From an uncultured Nitrososphaerota archaeon (GTDB lineage: Archaea > Korarchaeota > Korarchaeia > Korarchaeales > Korarchaeaceae): a stretch of DNA of 64,000 nucleotides. A program made the position numbers and the translations under genes. Numbering within the stretch: position 1 is the stretch's first letter; every line of letters starts with the position of its first letter. The notes below the pieces were generated by a model. That model was not told the origin of the DNA. It did not search any database and saw nothing but the letters and a program-made list of their open reading frames with translations. The stretch lies in NCBI GenBank assembly GCA_964594835.1, contig CAZQNA010000007.1, forward strand, positions 24,665-88,664, written 5' to 3'. Below, one piece after another: positions 1-9,477 of the stretch.

Positions 1-2
1 GG

Positions 3-1940
3 GAGGTCTCGGTCCTCATCTCTCCCAGGACCCTGGCCCAGGGGATCGACATCGGGGGAGTGATCAGGGTCGTCCACGTGGGTCTCCCGCCCACGGTGAG
101 GGAGTTCAGGCAGAGGGAGGGCAGGAAGGGGCGGAGGGAGGAGATAGAGTTCACGGAGTCCATCATCATACCGCTGTCCGGATGGGACAGGGAGCTCCTG
201 CTGAGGGGGGCGGAGACTCTCCGGGGCTGGGTCGAGCTCCCCCTGGAGAGGGCCCTCGTCAACCCGAGGAACAGGTACTGCATCCTCTTCGAGGGGCTGT
301 TCAAGGCGGCCTCCCCGGAGCTGAGGGGCACGCTGACCGAGGAGGAGGTGGACCTCCTGAGGGATCTGGGCCTCGTAGAGCCGGGAGGGCTGACCCAGAA
401 GGGGAAGAGGACCTGGTCCTACATGAACTTCTACGAGTTCGGCCCGCCCTACGGGATGAAGCGCCTGCTGGTGGAGGACGGAGAGCAGCGCTACCTGGAG
501 GACATCGGGCACTGCGACCTCGTGGAGAGGTTCCAGCCGGGGAGCATCGACTACTCGGCCAACGCCGTCGTGGTGGACCTGCTCAAGAGGGGGCGGGTCA
601 TCACGGGCGTGGTGGAGAGGCCCCTCAGCGCGAGGACCGTCCTCTCCTACGACCCCCTGGCCCACGCGTACGAGGAGTACGCCAGGGTCAAGATGGGCTG
701 GGGGGAGGAGCCCGACGTGGTGGGCGACTACTACAGGGGCAGGCTCCACAGCGAGGTGGTCTGCGTCGTCGACCCTCCGAGGAGGGGGTTCGACCTCCTG
801 GTGAAGACGCCGAACCGCGTCTACTGGGTCGTCAGGTCCGGCAAGTACAGGCCGGTCACGGCCGGCGACAGGACCTACTTCGTGGTGGACAGGCGGAGCC
901 TCCCCGTCATCGGCCCGACCGGGGGGAGGTACAGGGACTACACCTACGGGATCGTGGTCGAGCTGGAGCCCGGAGAGGACCTGGAGTGGATGAGGGTGGG
1001 CCTGGCCACCCTGATGGTGGTCCTCAGGCTCAGGATGGGGATCGAGATCGAGTCCATAGTCTACAGCCTCGCCAACGTGGGCGACAGGAAGGTGATGTCC
1101 CTCCACGAGCCCGAGAGCGCCGGCCTCCTGGAGACGCTGGACTGGGCCGAGGTCCTGAGGGAGGTCGAGGAGTTCGAGCCCGACGATCTGACGGACGTCC
1201 TCATGGAGCAGGTGGACGAGCAGGCCCGCCTCACCCTCCTGACGTCGGGGAGGTGGGACCTGGCAAAGGCGTGGGCCAGGCGGGTCGTCGAGTACCTGCT
1301 GCTCAGGGACAGGATGCTGGTCAGGCTGGCCGGCTTGGAGGTGCCGATACCGACGCCGTCGAGGGCCCTCAGGCTGGCCGCCTTCGACGCCTTGAGCCTC
1401 CCGGTCGGCGAGCAGGTGACCCTGGTCGCCGCCTCCGTGTACGACGGGGAGGTCGTCACGAGCGAGGTGGGCTGGAGGGAGTTCTTCCAGCCCGGCGGCT
1501 GGGAGGAGATCCCCCGGGCCGTGGGGTCCCTGATAGACGCGGGCTTCACCTTCGTTGTCTACGACGCCGACTCCGTTGTGAGGACGCTCACCGAGTCGGG
1601 GTCGGCGTCCCTGGCCCTGATGCTCTCGGGCCTGAGGGAGAGGGGGAGGGTGGTCGAGGTCCTCCCCGAGGCGAGGGACCTCCTGGGCCTCGAGGTGGCG
1701 CCCCTCGAGTCTCTGGCCGAGGCAGTCGGCTGGGGGAAGGAGGTCCCCCTGGACGCCGTCAGGAGGGAGCTGGAGAGGTCCGTCGGCCTTCTCCAGGAGA
1801 GGGGAGAGGCCTCCTGGCCGAGGTTCACCAAGTACCTGAGGGCCAGGGCGGAAGAGTACGTCAGGGAGAACTCGGTTCTCCTGATGAAGCTCTACCTGGC
1901 CCTGAGGGAGCTGAGGGGGAGGCTGGGTGACCGGAAGTAG
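3..1940 (+). CDS. SF2 DEAD/DEAH helicase (Hrq1/SftH/MrfA-like), 5'-truncated by window edge, with C-terminal RNase H-like region
   Basis: Frame open from position 3: TLAQGIDIG (motif V) and FRQREGRKGRR (motif VI); later DUF1998-like segment and YprB-like tail. Confidence 0.75.
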   Translation, partial: EVSVLISPRTLAQGIDIGGVIRVVHVGLPPTVREFRQREGRKGRREEIEFTESIIIPLSGWDRELLLRGAETLRGWVELPLERALVNPRNRYCILFEGLFKAASPELRGTLTEEEVDLLRDLGLVEPGGLTQKGKRTWSYMNFYEFGPPYGMKRLLVEDGEQRYLEDIGHCDLVERFQPGSIDYSANAVVVDLLKRGRVITGVVERPLSARTVLSYDPLAHAYEEYARVKMGWGEEPDVVGDYYRGRLHSEVVCVVDPPRRGFDLLVKTPNRVYWVVRSGKYRPVTAGDRTYFVVDRRSLPVIGPTGGRYRDYTYGIVVELEPGEDLEWMRVGLATLMVVLRLRMGIEIESIVYSLANVGDRKVMSLHEPESAGLLETLDWAEVLREVEEFEPDDLTDVLMEQVDEQARLTLLTSGRWDLAKAWARRVVEYLLLRDRMLVRLAGLEVPIPTPSRALRLAAFDALSLPVGEQVTLVAASVYDGEVVTSEVGWREFFQPGGWEEIPRAVGSLIDAGFTFVVYDADSVVRTLTESGSASLALMLSGLRERGRVVEVLPEARDLLGLEVAPLESLAEAVGWGKEVPLDAVRRELERSVGLLQERGEASWPRFTKYLRARAEEYVRENSVLLMKLYLALRELRGRLGDRK

Positions 1941-1992
1941 GCGCGGACCCGACTTAAAATAATTCGCGGGATCGTGGCAGATAGGCGATAGC

Positions 1993-2442
1993 ATGTCCGC
2001 CAGGAGTGGAGCCAAGCAGCTGGTTAGGCAGATCTCCGCGATAGTAATCGCGTTCATCCTGTGGTGGATACTCCGGGTCGTGTTCTACGACCAGCTGAGC
2101 GGAATAGTGATAGTGGCTAGGCCTCACATAACCCTCCCGGACGGCCTGGCCGTCCTGCTGGCCATAGTCATAGCGGGGCTGGTGAAGGGCCTGGGAGGGC
2201 CGCTGGAGTCCATCTACAGGGAGAGCATCCCGAGCAAGGCGAGGACGGCCTCGGGCGTCACAGGGAGCCTCTTGGACCTTGTCGCCCTGGCGATACTGTA
2301 CGTGGCCCTGAGGTCCCCGGTGGTGGAGATAATCAAGCTCTACCCCCAGGTCGCTGGCGTGGCCAACGTGATCTACGACCTGGCGTTCATAGTGGTGGGC
2401 CTTCTGATACTCTACGGCGTCATCAAGGTCCTCACCGAGTGA
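1993..2442 (+). CDS. Hypothetical membrane protein (about 4 TM helices)
   Basis: ATG ORF with hydrophobic helices; TATA-like cttaaaataa upstream. Confidence 0.7.
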   Translation: MSARSGAKQLVRQISAIVIAFILWWILRVVFYDQLSGIVIVARPHITLPDGLAVLLAIVIAGLVKGLGGPLESIYRESIPSKARTASGVTGSLLDLVALAILYVALRSPVVEIIKLYPQVAGVANVIYDLAFIVVGLLILYGVIKVLTE

Positions 2443-2445
2443 GCG

Positions 2446-3573
2446 CTAGTAGGCCGAGCCGAGGAGCCAGGAGTTCCCCAGGTAGACCTCCTCCACCCCC
2501 TCCCCCCTGACGGCCTCCAGGGCCGCCGAGGCGTGGGACCTGCTGGTGGTGGGGAGGTCCCTGAGCAGGAAGTCGGGCTTGAAGCCCAGCAGGACCATCG
2601 GGATCCTCGGGTCGAGCCTCGCCACCTCCCCAGCTATCTTTCTGACCTCCTCGACGTCGACGTATCCAGGAACCAGGAGGACGCTAACGGTGAGAGGGGG
2701 AGGGTCAGGCCTCTCCTCAACGGCCTTGGCCAGCAGCCTGAGGTTCTCCAGCACCCTGTCTCTTGCGTCGACCCCCGTGAGTGCCCGGTAGACCGAGGGG
2801 GTCCAGGCCTTGAAGTCGATCTTGACGTTCCCCCCGCTCCGCAGGGCCAGGTTCATCCAGGCGCCCGCCACCCTTGGGTTCACGGTCCCGTTCGTCTCCC
2901 AGCAGATCCTGAGCTTCCTCCCGCTCCTAGCCGCCTCCTCTAACAACCTCTTGGACACCGCAAGCGAGTGGGCGCCGAAGGGCGCCGGGTCTCCCCCGAA
3001 GTAGCAGACGCACGTGACCCTCTCGTCGAGGCCAGCGGAGACAAGCTCCTCTACAGAGATCGTCCTGTCAAGGGACAGGGCCATCTGCTTGTGCTCCCAG
3101 TTCTGGCAGAAGAGGCAGTCCAGCCCGCAGCCCCCGTAGAAGACCGCGAGGTTCACCCTGCCGACCTCGGGTCCGCAGGAGTCAGTGTACTTCGGGAAGC
3201 CCCTGCACGTGGCCGCGGGGCAGAAGGGGGCCGAGACGCAGTTCGTCGGGTGGGGGTCGTAGTACCAGAGCCCTGGGGCGACCTCCCAGCTCCCCGTGGA
3301 CCTCCTGAGCGCCCCTCCCTCGTTGATCACGTACCCGCAGTATCCGACCCCGCCCTCGGGGATCGAGCAACGATTGACGCATGACTCGCACCTTACGCCC
3401 CCGGGCCCCCTGGGTGGGTCCGGCGGGAGGCCCGCCCTGGACCTCCACCTCCTGTGAGGCCTGAGGGCGATCTCCAGGGCCTCCCCCGGGACCTCCCTGA
3501 GGCAGTCAACGCAGACGCCGATGACGTCGCTTATCGTGGCGGCGCTTCTCCCGCAGAGCTGGCAGGTCCCCAT
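2446..3573 (-). CDS. Radical SAM protein, PFL-activating-enzyme-like (AmmeMemoRadiSam-related)
   Basis: GCGLDCLFCQN CxxxCxxC motif; N-terminal Cys pairs; YFGGDP, WETNG. Confidence 0.8.
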   Translation of the reverse strand: MGTCQLCGRSAATISDVIGVCVDCLREVPGEALEIALRPHRRWRSRAGLPPDPPRGPGGVRCESCVNRCSIPEGGVGYCGYVINEGGALRRSTGSWEVAPGLWYYDPHPTNCVSAPFCPAATCRGFPKYTDSCGPEVGRVNLAVFYGGCGLDCLFCQNWEHKQMALSLDRTISVEELVSAGLDERVTCVCYFGGDPAPFGAHSLAVSKRLLEEAARSGRKLRICWETNGTVNPRVAGAWMNLALRSGGNVKIDFKAWTPSVYRALTGVDARDRVLENLRLLAKAVEERPDPPPLTVSVLLVPGYVDVEEVRKIAGEVARLDPRIPMVLLGFKPDFLLRDLPTTSRSHASAALEAVRGEGVEEVYLGNSWLLGSAY

Positions 3574-3609
3574 CCGTGGAGAGTGGCGGGCGAGAGGTTA
3601 TAGGCCCCC

Positions 3610-5091
3610 CTACCCGGGGGAGCGCCCCACGTCCACCGCCCCTCCCAGGGAAGGGATCACCGTGGAGCCTCGCATGTCTCTCGGCACGTAGTGTCTGAAG
3701 AGGTCCGGGTGCTCCGTGTGCACGGGGATCACCATGCGGGGGTTCATCTCTTCCACGATCTCCCTCAGCTCATCCGGGGACGCGTGGCCCGACACGTGTA
3801 TCCTGAAGTAGCTCCTGACCCCGTAGAGGGCCAGCCAGTTAAGCAGCCTGTCCAGGCCGATGACCATCTCCTCGGTGAACGGCTCCGATCGGCTCATCAC
3901 GTATGCGAGCCTCCCCCTGCACTCCCTGCCGGAGGACATGAGGTCCTTCAGCGCCCTGGTGGGGTGGCCCGTGAGGAAGAGGAAGCCCCCCGGGTTGGAC
4001 CATATCTCCCCGGCGGCCGAGTCGGCGTCCAGGACCTCCCCGCCGGCGTCCTCTATCTCCCCCAGCACCTCGGACAGGCGCCTGCTGGCCGGACCGGACG
4101 ACCTCCTTCTCCTCCACACCATCACCGCCAGGTCTCCGGGCCCGGGCAGACCCTCGAGCCCCGGGTCCTCCCTCATCCTGTAGAGCAGGTAGGCCTCCCT
4201 CTCGTCGACCACGAGCCTCCTCTCGGTCCTCAGTGAGGCCCGCCAGACCGTCCTGGCCCTGTCCACGTCGGCCCAGGCGGCCTCCACCATCACCAGCGCC
4301 TCCGGGTGATCGTCCGCCACGGCGGCGAGTTCCTCCAGAACGTCCGACTCTCTCTTGACCTCCTTGGCGATCCTCTTGGGGATCCTCTCGCCCAGCCTCA
4401 GCGCCAGCATCTGCTCGAACAGCCTGGCGGCCGCGGCCTCCGGGTCGGCCTCCGGGGCTACCCTCGTCCCCTCCACCAGGGCCACGTCGGCCCCCCAGTC
4501 TGCCGCCTCCCTCAGGAAGTCCTGGGTGAGCCTCGCCGCCTCCCCGTGCCTCCTGAGGTCGCCTGTGTAGACCAGCCTGACCCCGTCCTCGCACTCGACC
4601 AGCAGCCCGTAGGCCCCTGGGACCGAGTGATCCACGTGCACGGGCCTGATCCTGAATGGGCCGATCTCGAGCTCGTCTCCCGTCCTGAACGTTCCGACGT
4701 CGAGGTGGTCGACCCTGTCGGTCCAGGACTGCCTTGCCATCGCCTCGAGCCTGGCCCTGACGATGAGCCACGCCGTCTCCCCCATGAGGACCCTCGTCCC
4801 CTCGGCCAGCAGGGGGATGTGGCCGTAGTGATCGGAGTGGGCGTGGCTGACGACCACCGCCTCCACGGCGCCTCCTCGGCCGGAGTCCCTGTAGAGGCCG
4901 GATATGTCCGGGAGGATCCCCGTCCTGATCAGGTCGCCGACGTCCAGCGGGGGGTCGAAGGGGTACTGGAAGTAGGAGTCCTCCTGCCTGAAGTTCCTGC
5001 CGAAGTCAAGAAAGACCCTGGAGCCGCCGCACTCCAGCAGTACCTTGTTGCCCCCTATCTCACCGACCCCGCCGTAGAAGGTTATCCTCAA
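3610..5091 (-). CDS. Metallo-beta-lactamase beta-CASP ribonuclease (RNase J/aCPSF-related)
   Basis: GGVGEIGGN, SHAHSDH, DHSVPG, YTGD, HVSGH, PVHTEH motifs. Confidence 0.85.
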   Translation of the reverse strand: MRITFYGGVGEIGGNKVLLECGGSRVFLDFGRNFRQEDSYFQYPFDPPLDVGDLIRTGILPDISGLYRDSGRGGAVEAVVVSHAHSDHYGHIPLLAEGTRVLMGETAWLIVRARLEAMARQSWTDRVDHLDVGTFRTGDELEIGPFRIRPVHVDHSVPGAYGLLVECEDGVRLVYTGDLRRHGEAARLTQDFLREAADWGADVALVEGTRVAPEADPEAAAARLFEQMLALRLGERIPKRIAKEVKRESDVLEELAAVADDHPEALVMVEAAWADVDRARTVWRASLRTERRLVVDEREAYLLYRMREDPGLEGLPGPGDLAVMVWRRRRSSGPASRRLSEVLGEIEDAGGEVLDADSAAGEIWSNPGGFLFLTGHPTRALKDLMSSGRECRGRLAYVMSRSEPFTEEMVIGLDRLLNWLALYGVRSYFRIHVSGHASPDELREIVEEMNPRMVIPVHTEHPDLFRHYVPRDMRGSTVIPSLGGAVDVGRSPG

Positions 5092-5130
5092 CGCGCCGGC
5101 GGCCCCAGGCAGGGCTTATTGGTTTTCCTC

Positions 5131-5628
5131 TCATGAGGTGACCAGCCTCTCCACCCGCCTGCACTTCGAGAGCACCAGCAGCTTGGACACTCCCTTCGGG
5201 GGCCTGACCTCATCGCAGTTTCGTATCAGGGCCACGTACCTGTCGAAGGTCTCCGGGTCCACGTCGTCCGCGAACACCAGGCGGTCTATGTTCTGGAAGA
5301 CGACCCTCCTATCGAACTGCTCCAGGTCCACCCTGGTGACCTCTATCTCCTCCAGGTCCGAGATGACCGTGGGCACGGCCGAGCTGATCCCCTCTTCGAT
5401 CCTCCTGCCGGCCTCCTTGGCGCCCTCGACCAGCGGCTGTATCCCCGCCCTTATCCCCTCGCTGAGGTCGATGAAGAGGCCCAGGGCCTCGTTTATCACC
5501 TCTCCAATCGTCTTCCCCGTCCTGCGGGCGATCTCCGCCGCCCTGTCGTAAAGGTCGGAGTCGACCCCCCTGATGGTGACGTCCTTCCTCCTCTCCCTCT
5601 CTCCCCCGATGCCCGCACCCTCCGCCAT
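5131..5628 (-). CDS. Hypothetical protein with N-terminal ribbon-helix-helix-like domain
   Basis: VTIRGVDSDLYDRAAEIARRTGKTIGEVINEAL; ATG at 5628 preferred over 5688. Confidence 0.6.
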   Translation of the reverse strand: MAEGAGIGGERERRKDVTIRGVDSDLYDRAAEIARRTGKTIGEVINEALGLFIDLSEGIRAGIQPLVEGAKEAGRRIEEGISSAVPTVISDLEEIEVTRVDLEQFDRRVVFQNIDRLVFADDVDPETFDRYVALIRNCDEVRPPKGVSKLLVLSKCRRVERLVTS

Positions 5629-5726
5629 CACAATCACCGTTGTGTTACATATCATACAAAGCATATATGCGTTGCGCTCCGGCTTCAAGTCAATAGTTAT
5701 ATGCGCCCCGGAGGGACGTTCGCGCC

Positions 5727-6884
5727 ATGCACAGGAGGGCCGCAGAAGCCGCGTTGCTCATCCCGCTGATCCTGGGGCTCTCCCTCTCCTCAGCCCAGGG
5801 TAGCGTGGGTTTCTGCGTCTACGGATCCGCCATGTGCCCGGCCTGCGCTCAGCTGAAGGGGTTCCTGGCCGAGGAGTTCGGGTCCGAGCCCCTGAGGTTC
5901 TACGAGGTGTACGGCAACGAGACCAACGCCGGGAGGCTGTCCAGCATATACGACGTGGCCCTCCCCTCCCTGCCCCAGAGGGACAGGGTGATCCCGGTCA
6001 CGGGGGTGTTCTGTGAGGGGCGCCTCGTGGCCGTGGTCGTCGGCATCCCCTCGCTCGAGGCGGAGTTCTGGAGGGAGCTGGCCTCCCCCCGTGAGGGGAT
6101 CCTCATCGTCCTCCACAACCGCACGGTGATTGAGAGGCGGGATCCAGAGGTTGTGAGCGCCCTGGAGGACCTCTTTGGTGGAGCGCCTGCGCCGGTGACC
6201 CACACCACCGCTAAGACGGCGGGGGAGGTTCTGGCCCCCTTGGTGACGGCGGCCCTGGCTGACAGCGTCAACCCCTGCACGTTCAGCGTCTTCACGGCGC
6301 TACTCTTGCTCTCAAGATCAGTCGGAGGAAAAAGAAGGTCCTTGAGCGTGGGGGGAGCGTTCGTAGCGGCCGTCTTCATGGCCTACTACGCCCTCGGTCT
6401 TGGGCTGATCAGGGTCTTTGAGACACTCCCCTGGCTCAGGTACGCGGTCGCTTGCTTAGGCCTTGTCGTTGGATCATACGAGGTTGTAACCTCCCTGGGC
6501 GGGAGCTTCAGGTCTCCACTGCCCAAACCGCTCTACAGAGTCACTTCTAGCACGGTTGAGTGGACATCTCGGGTAGCCAGCGTTCCGCTGGCATTCGTAG
6601 CTGGCCTCCTCATCAGCGTGACCCTACTCCCCTGCTCTTCGGGACCTTACCTTGTCGTTATCCCTCTGCTTGCTGGGCTGCCGGGCTACCAGAGGCTTGC
6701 CCTGCTGGGGGTGTATAACGCCATCTTCGTGGCCCCGCTCACGGGGATCTTGATAACAGTGGGCCTCTTGGAGCGCAGGGTCAAGGATGTCAAGGTGTGG
6801 AGGTCGAGGAGGCTGCACGTCCTCAACCTTGTGGCCGGGGCTCTCCTGGTAGTGATATCACTCTGGGCCCTATACGTCGGGTGA
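5727..6884 (+). CDS. Thioredoxin/glutaredoxin (CPAC) fused to CcdA/DsbD-type transmembrane domain
   Basis: Signal peptide, CPAC, then DSVNPC and LPCSSGPY CcdA cysteine motifs with 6 TM. Confidence 0.8.
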   Translation: MHRRAAEAALLIPLILGLSLSSAQGSVGFCVYGSAMCPACAQLKGFLAEEFGSEPLRFYEVYGNETNAGRLSSIYDVALPSLPQRDRVIPVTGVFCEGRLVAVVVGIPSLEAEFWRELASPREGILIVLHNRTVIERRDPEVVSALEDLFGGAPAPVTHTTAKTAGEVLAPLVTAALADSVNPCTFSVFTALLLLSRSVGGKRRSLSVGGAFVAAVFMAYYALGLGLIRVFETLPWLRYAVACLGLVVGSYEVVTSLGGSFRSPLPKPLYRVTSSTVEWTSRVASVPLAFVAGLLISVTLLPCSSGPYLVVIPLLAGLPGYQRLALLGVYNAIFVAPLTGILITVGLLERRVKDVKVWRSRRLHVLNLVAGALLVVISLWALYVG

Positions 6885-7742
6885 ACTTGGGGCTGGGCGG
6901 CGGGGAAACCTGTCGAACTCTGACCTGGGGACGGCGCAGCACGCCTCGACGACCTCCAGGCCGAGGCGGTCCACCAGCTCGGGCCTGGGTACCGCTATCC
7001 TGTCAACCAGGCCCTCGCCCACGGCCAGGGGGTCGAGGACGCCCTTCAGGACCTTCGGCCTCATGCACCCGAGGGAGATCTCCCCGCCGAAAGTCTTCCT
7101 GGCCCTCCTCAGGATGGGGAGGATCCGGGAGGGCGGGGGAGGCCTCAAGTCCTCAAAGGGGGTCCCCCTGGTGGGCATGAAGACCAGCAGGACCAGCTCG
7201 TCGAAGCCCCTGGACGCCACCTCCTCGAGCGCGGCGGCCTCCTCCTCAGGACCGACCCCGGGCAGCCCGAGGGTGACGTGGGGGACGACCCTCCTGGGTC
7301 CGGCCTCGGCGAGGGCGTCCATTGAGTCGAGGAACCTGGGGTAGGGAAACCCCCTGATCCCAGCAGCTCTGTCGCCGGGCGGGAGGTCGTAGTCGACCGA
7401 GTCAAACCCTGCCAGCCTGAGGGCCTCCGCCTCGGACCTGTCTACGAGGCCCTGGTGTACGCTCAGGTAGAGCCCCAGCTCCTCCTTTATCCTCCTAACC
7501 TGATCCAGGAGGCCGAACACCGGGAGCTTCCCGCTCAGGTCGGATCCCCCGCTGATCAGCAGCCCCCTGGCCCCCCTCTCGGACAGCCTCCTGGCCAGGC
7601 CCAGGAGTGTCTCCCCCGGGAGGGGGCTGGCCATTCCCCTCAGGTACCTACCCCTGCACAGGTCGCAGTTCAGCGGACACGTGGGTCCCGTGACGCTCAC
7701 GGAGGGGTAGCTCCTGCCGGGGTAGAACGCGATCGCCGTCAC
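6870..7742 (-). CDS. lipS1: Archaeal-type lipoyl synthase subunit LipS1 (radical SAM)
   Basis: CPLNCDLC; GCMR and C-terminal CC motifs characteristic of LipS1; next to LipS2 and lipoate ligase. Confidence 0.75.
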   Translation of the reverse strand: MTAIAFYPGRSYPSVSVTGPTCPLNCDLCRGRYLRGMASPLPGETLLGLARRLSERGARGLLISGGSDLSGKLPVFGLLDQVRRIKEELGLYLSVHQGLVDRSEAEALRLAGFDSVDYDLPPGDRAAGIRGFPYPRFLDSMDALAEAGPRRVVPHVTLGLPGVGPEEEAAALEEVASRGFDELVLLVFMPTRGTPFEDLRPPPPSRILPILRRARKTFGGEISLGCMRPKVLKGVLDPLAVGEGLVDRIAVPRPELVDRLGLEVVEACCAVPRSEFDRFPRRPAPSSPDV

Positions 7743-8653
7743 CGAAACTCTCCTCTCCCGCCTGTCAGGGCCATCTCAAGGCTCGGATAGTTGTAGATGG
7801 GCCCCGAGGGCCTCTCGTTGTAGAACGGCCTGTTGCACCACGGGCAGCCCGACGTGACCGTGGCCTCCGGCGGCGGGTCGAGCCCTCCCTCCCGGAGCCT
7901 TGCCAGCACCGCCTCGAGGCGCTCCCCCCTCGAAAGGAGGTGCCTCGCGGCCTGCATCCTCCTGTATGACCTCAGGTCCGGCGGCGGCCTCGAGGCCATG
8001 GGGGTGCCGGGGACGGGCGTGAAGGCGAACAGCGCCACGTCGGCTCCCACCTCATATGCCTTTGCCATAGCCCTCACGAACTCCTCCTCGCTCTCCCCCA
8101 GCCCGAATATGAGGTGGACCAGGGCCCTCCTGCGTCCGAAGACCCGGACGACCAGCTCGGTGAACCTCCAGTACTCCTCCCACGTGAAGGGCTTTCCAAC
8201 CCCCTCGACCAGCTCGGGGGTGGCCGCGTCGAGCCCCACCCCCACGTGCGTGACTCCGAGATCCCTGAAGCGTCTCAGGACGCTCTCCCCCACGGGGGTG
8301 GTCGCCACGGAGATGGGGAGGCCCACCCCGGCCCTCCGGAGGGACGAGAGTATTTCCAGGGCCTCCTCCTGGAACCCCTCGGCGAGCACGGTCTGGAGGC
8401 AGACCCTCCTGATGGGCCCCGGGTCGGAGGCCAGCCTGCGGGCCAGCTCCCACAGGTCGACCTCAGGCCACTCCACCCTGGAGAGGAGACTCCTGGGAGA
8501 TCGGGAGGACCTCGACTGTGGGCAGAAGGCGCAGGAGCCCATGCAGCCCTCCTCCCTGTCCTGCAGGAGGTAGGCCGTCGTGCTCTCCGCCGCCACCCTG
8601 ACCCGCGCCATGCCCAGCGCCGCCAGAGTCCCCAGGGAGGCCCTCACGCGCAT
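7739..8653 (-). CDS. lipS2: Archaeal-type lipoyl synthase subunit LipS2 (radical SAM)
   Basis: CMGSCAFCPQ; TSGCPWCNRP motif; ATG at 8653 (MRVRASLGT) preferred. Confidence 0.78.
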   Translation of the reverse strand: MRVRASLGTLAALGMARVRVAAESTTAYLLQDREEGCMGSCAFCPQSRSSRSPRSLLSRVEWPEVDLWELARRLASDPGPIRRVCLQTVLAEGFQEEALEILSSLRRAGVGLPISVATTPVGESVLRRFRDLGVTHVGVGLDAATPELVEGVGKPFTWEEYWRFTELVVRVFGRRRALVHLIFGLGESEEEFVRAMAKAYEVGADVALFAFTPVPGTPMASRPPPDLRSYRRMQAARHLLSRGERLEAVLARLREGGLDPPPEATVTSGCPWCNRPFYNERPSGPIYNYPSLEMALTGGRGEFR

Positions 8654-8717
8654 CTCCCCCGCCGGGGGCGGGTTGATTAAGAAAGACTCGGACCCGGATC
8701 GGGGGAGGGGAAGGGCC

Positions 8718-9473
8718 CTGAGGTGGAGGCTGATCCTCCTGGACGGAGATGGGCCGTTCAACATGGCCCTGGACGAGGCTATCCTGAACTCGGTCTCCGC
8801 GGGACGCTCTCCGCCCACCCTGAGGCTCTACGCCTTCAGGCCCAGCGCCGTCACCGTGGGCAGGTTTCAGAGGGTCGAGGAGTCCGTGGACCTGGACCTG
8901 GCCAGGAGGATGGGGGTCCCCGTGGTTAGGAGGATAACCGGCGGGGGCTCCGTGTATCACGACGAGATCGGGGAGGTCACCTACTCCGTGGCGGCCCCCA
9001 CCCGGTTATTCCCGGGGAGCATCCTGGACAGCTACAGGACCATATGCTCCGGCCTGATCAGGGCGCTCGCGACCCTGGGACTCGAGGCGAGCTTCGTACC
9101 CGTGAACGACGTGGTGGTGAACGGGAGGAAGATCTCGGGGAGCGCCCAGGTCAGGAGGTCTGGGGCGCTGCTCCAGCACGGGACGCTGATGTACGCCACC
9201 GACCTGGACACCCTGGCCAGCCTTCTCAGGGCCCCTAGGGAGAAGCTGCAGTCCCACGGGGTGTCCAGCATAAGGGAGCGGGTCACGACGGTATCGGCAG
9301 AGCTCGGCAGGGAGGTGTCCAGGGAGGAGGTTCAGGAGGCCATGCTCAGGGGCTTCGAGGAGGCCCTCGGGACCGAGTTCGAGCGGGGGGAGCCCACAGA
9401 CCTGGAGCTCTCGGAGGCCGAGAGGCTGATCAGGGAGAGGTACGGCAGCGACGAGTGGAACCTGAGGAGGTGA
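8718..9473 (+). CDS. lplA: Lipoate-protein ligase catalytic subunit
   Basis: NMALDEA, RRITGGGSVYHD, KISGSAQ, LQHGT; start uncertain (CTG 8718 after G-rich SD, or GTG 8580). Confidence 0.88.
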   Translation: MRWRLILLDGDGPFNMALDEAILNSVSAGRSPPTLRLYAFRPSAVTVGRFQRVEESVDLDLARRMGVPVVRRITGGGSVYHDEIGEVTYSVAAPTRLFPGSILDSYRTICSGLIRALATLGLEASFVPVNDVVVNGRKISGSAQVRRSGALLQHGTLMYATDLDTLASLLRAPREKLQSHGVSSIRERVTTVSAELGREVSREEVQEAMLRGFEEALGTEFERGEPTDLELSEAERLIRERYGSDEWNLRR

Positions 9474-9477
9474 TCCC

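Noticed and set aside
182-1930. 582-aa alternative-frame ORF and the many similar G/R/P-rich overlapping ORFs
   Set aside because: Shadow ORFs caused by high GC3; no family motifs, and they overlap well-supported genes
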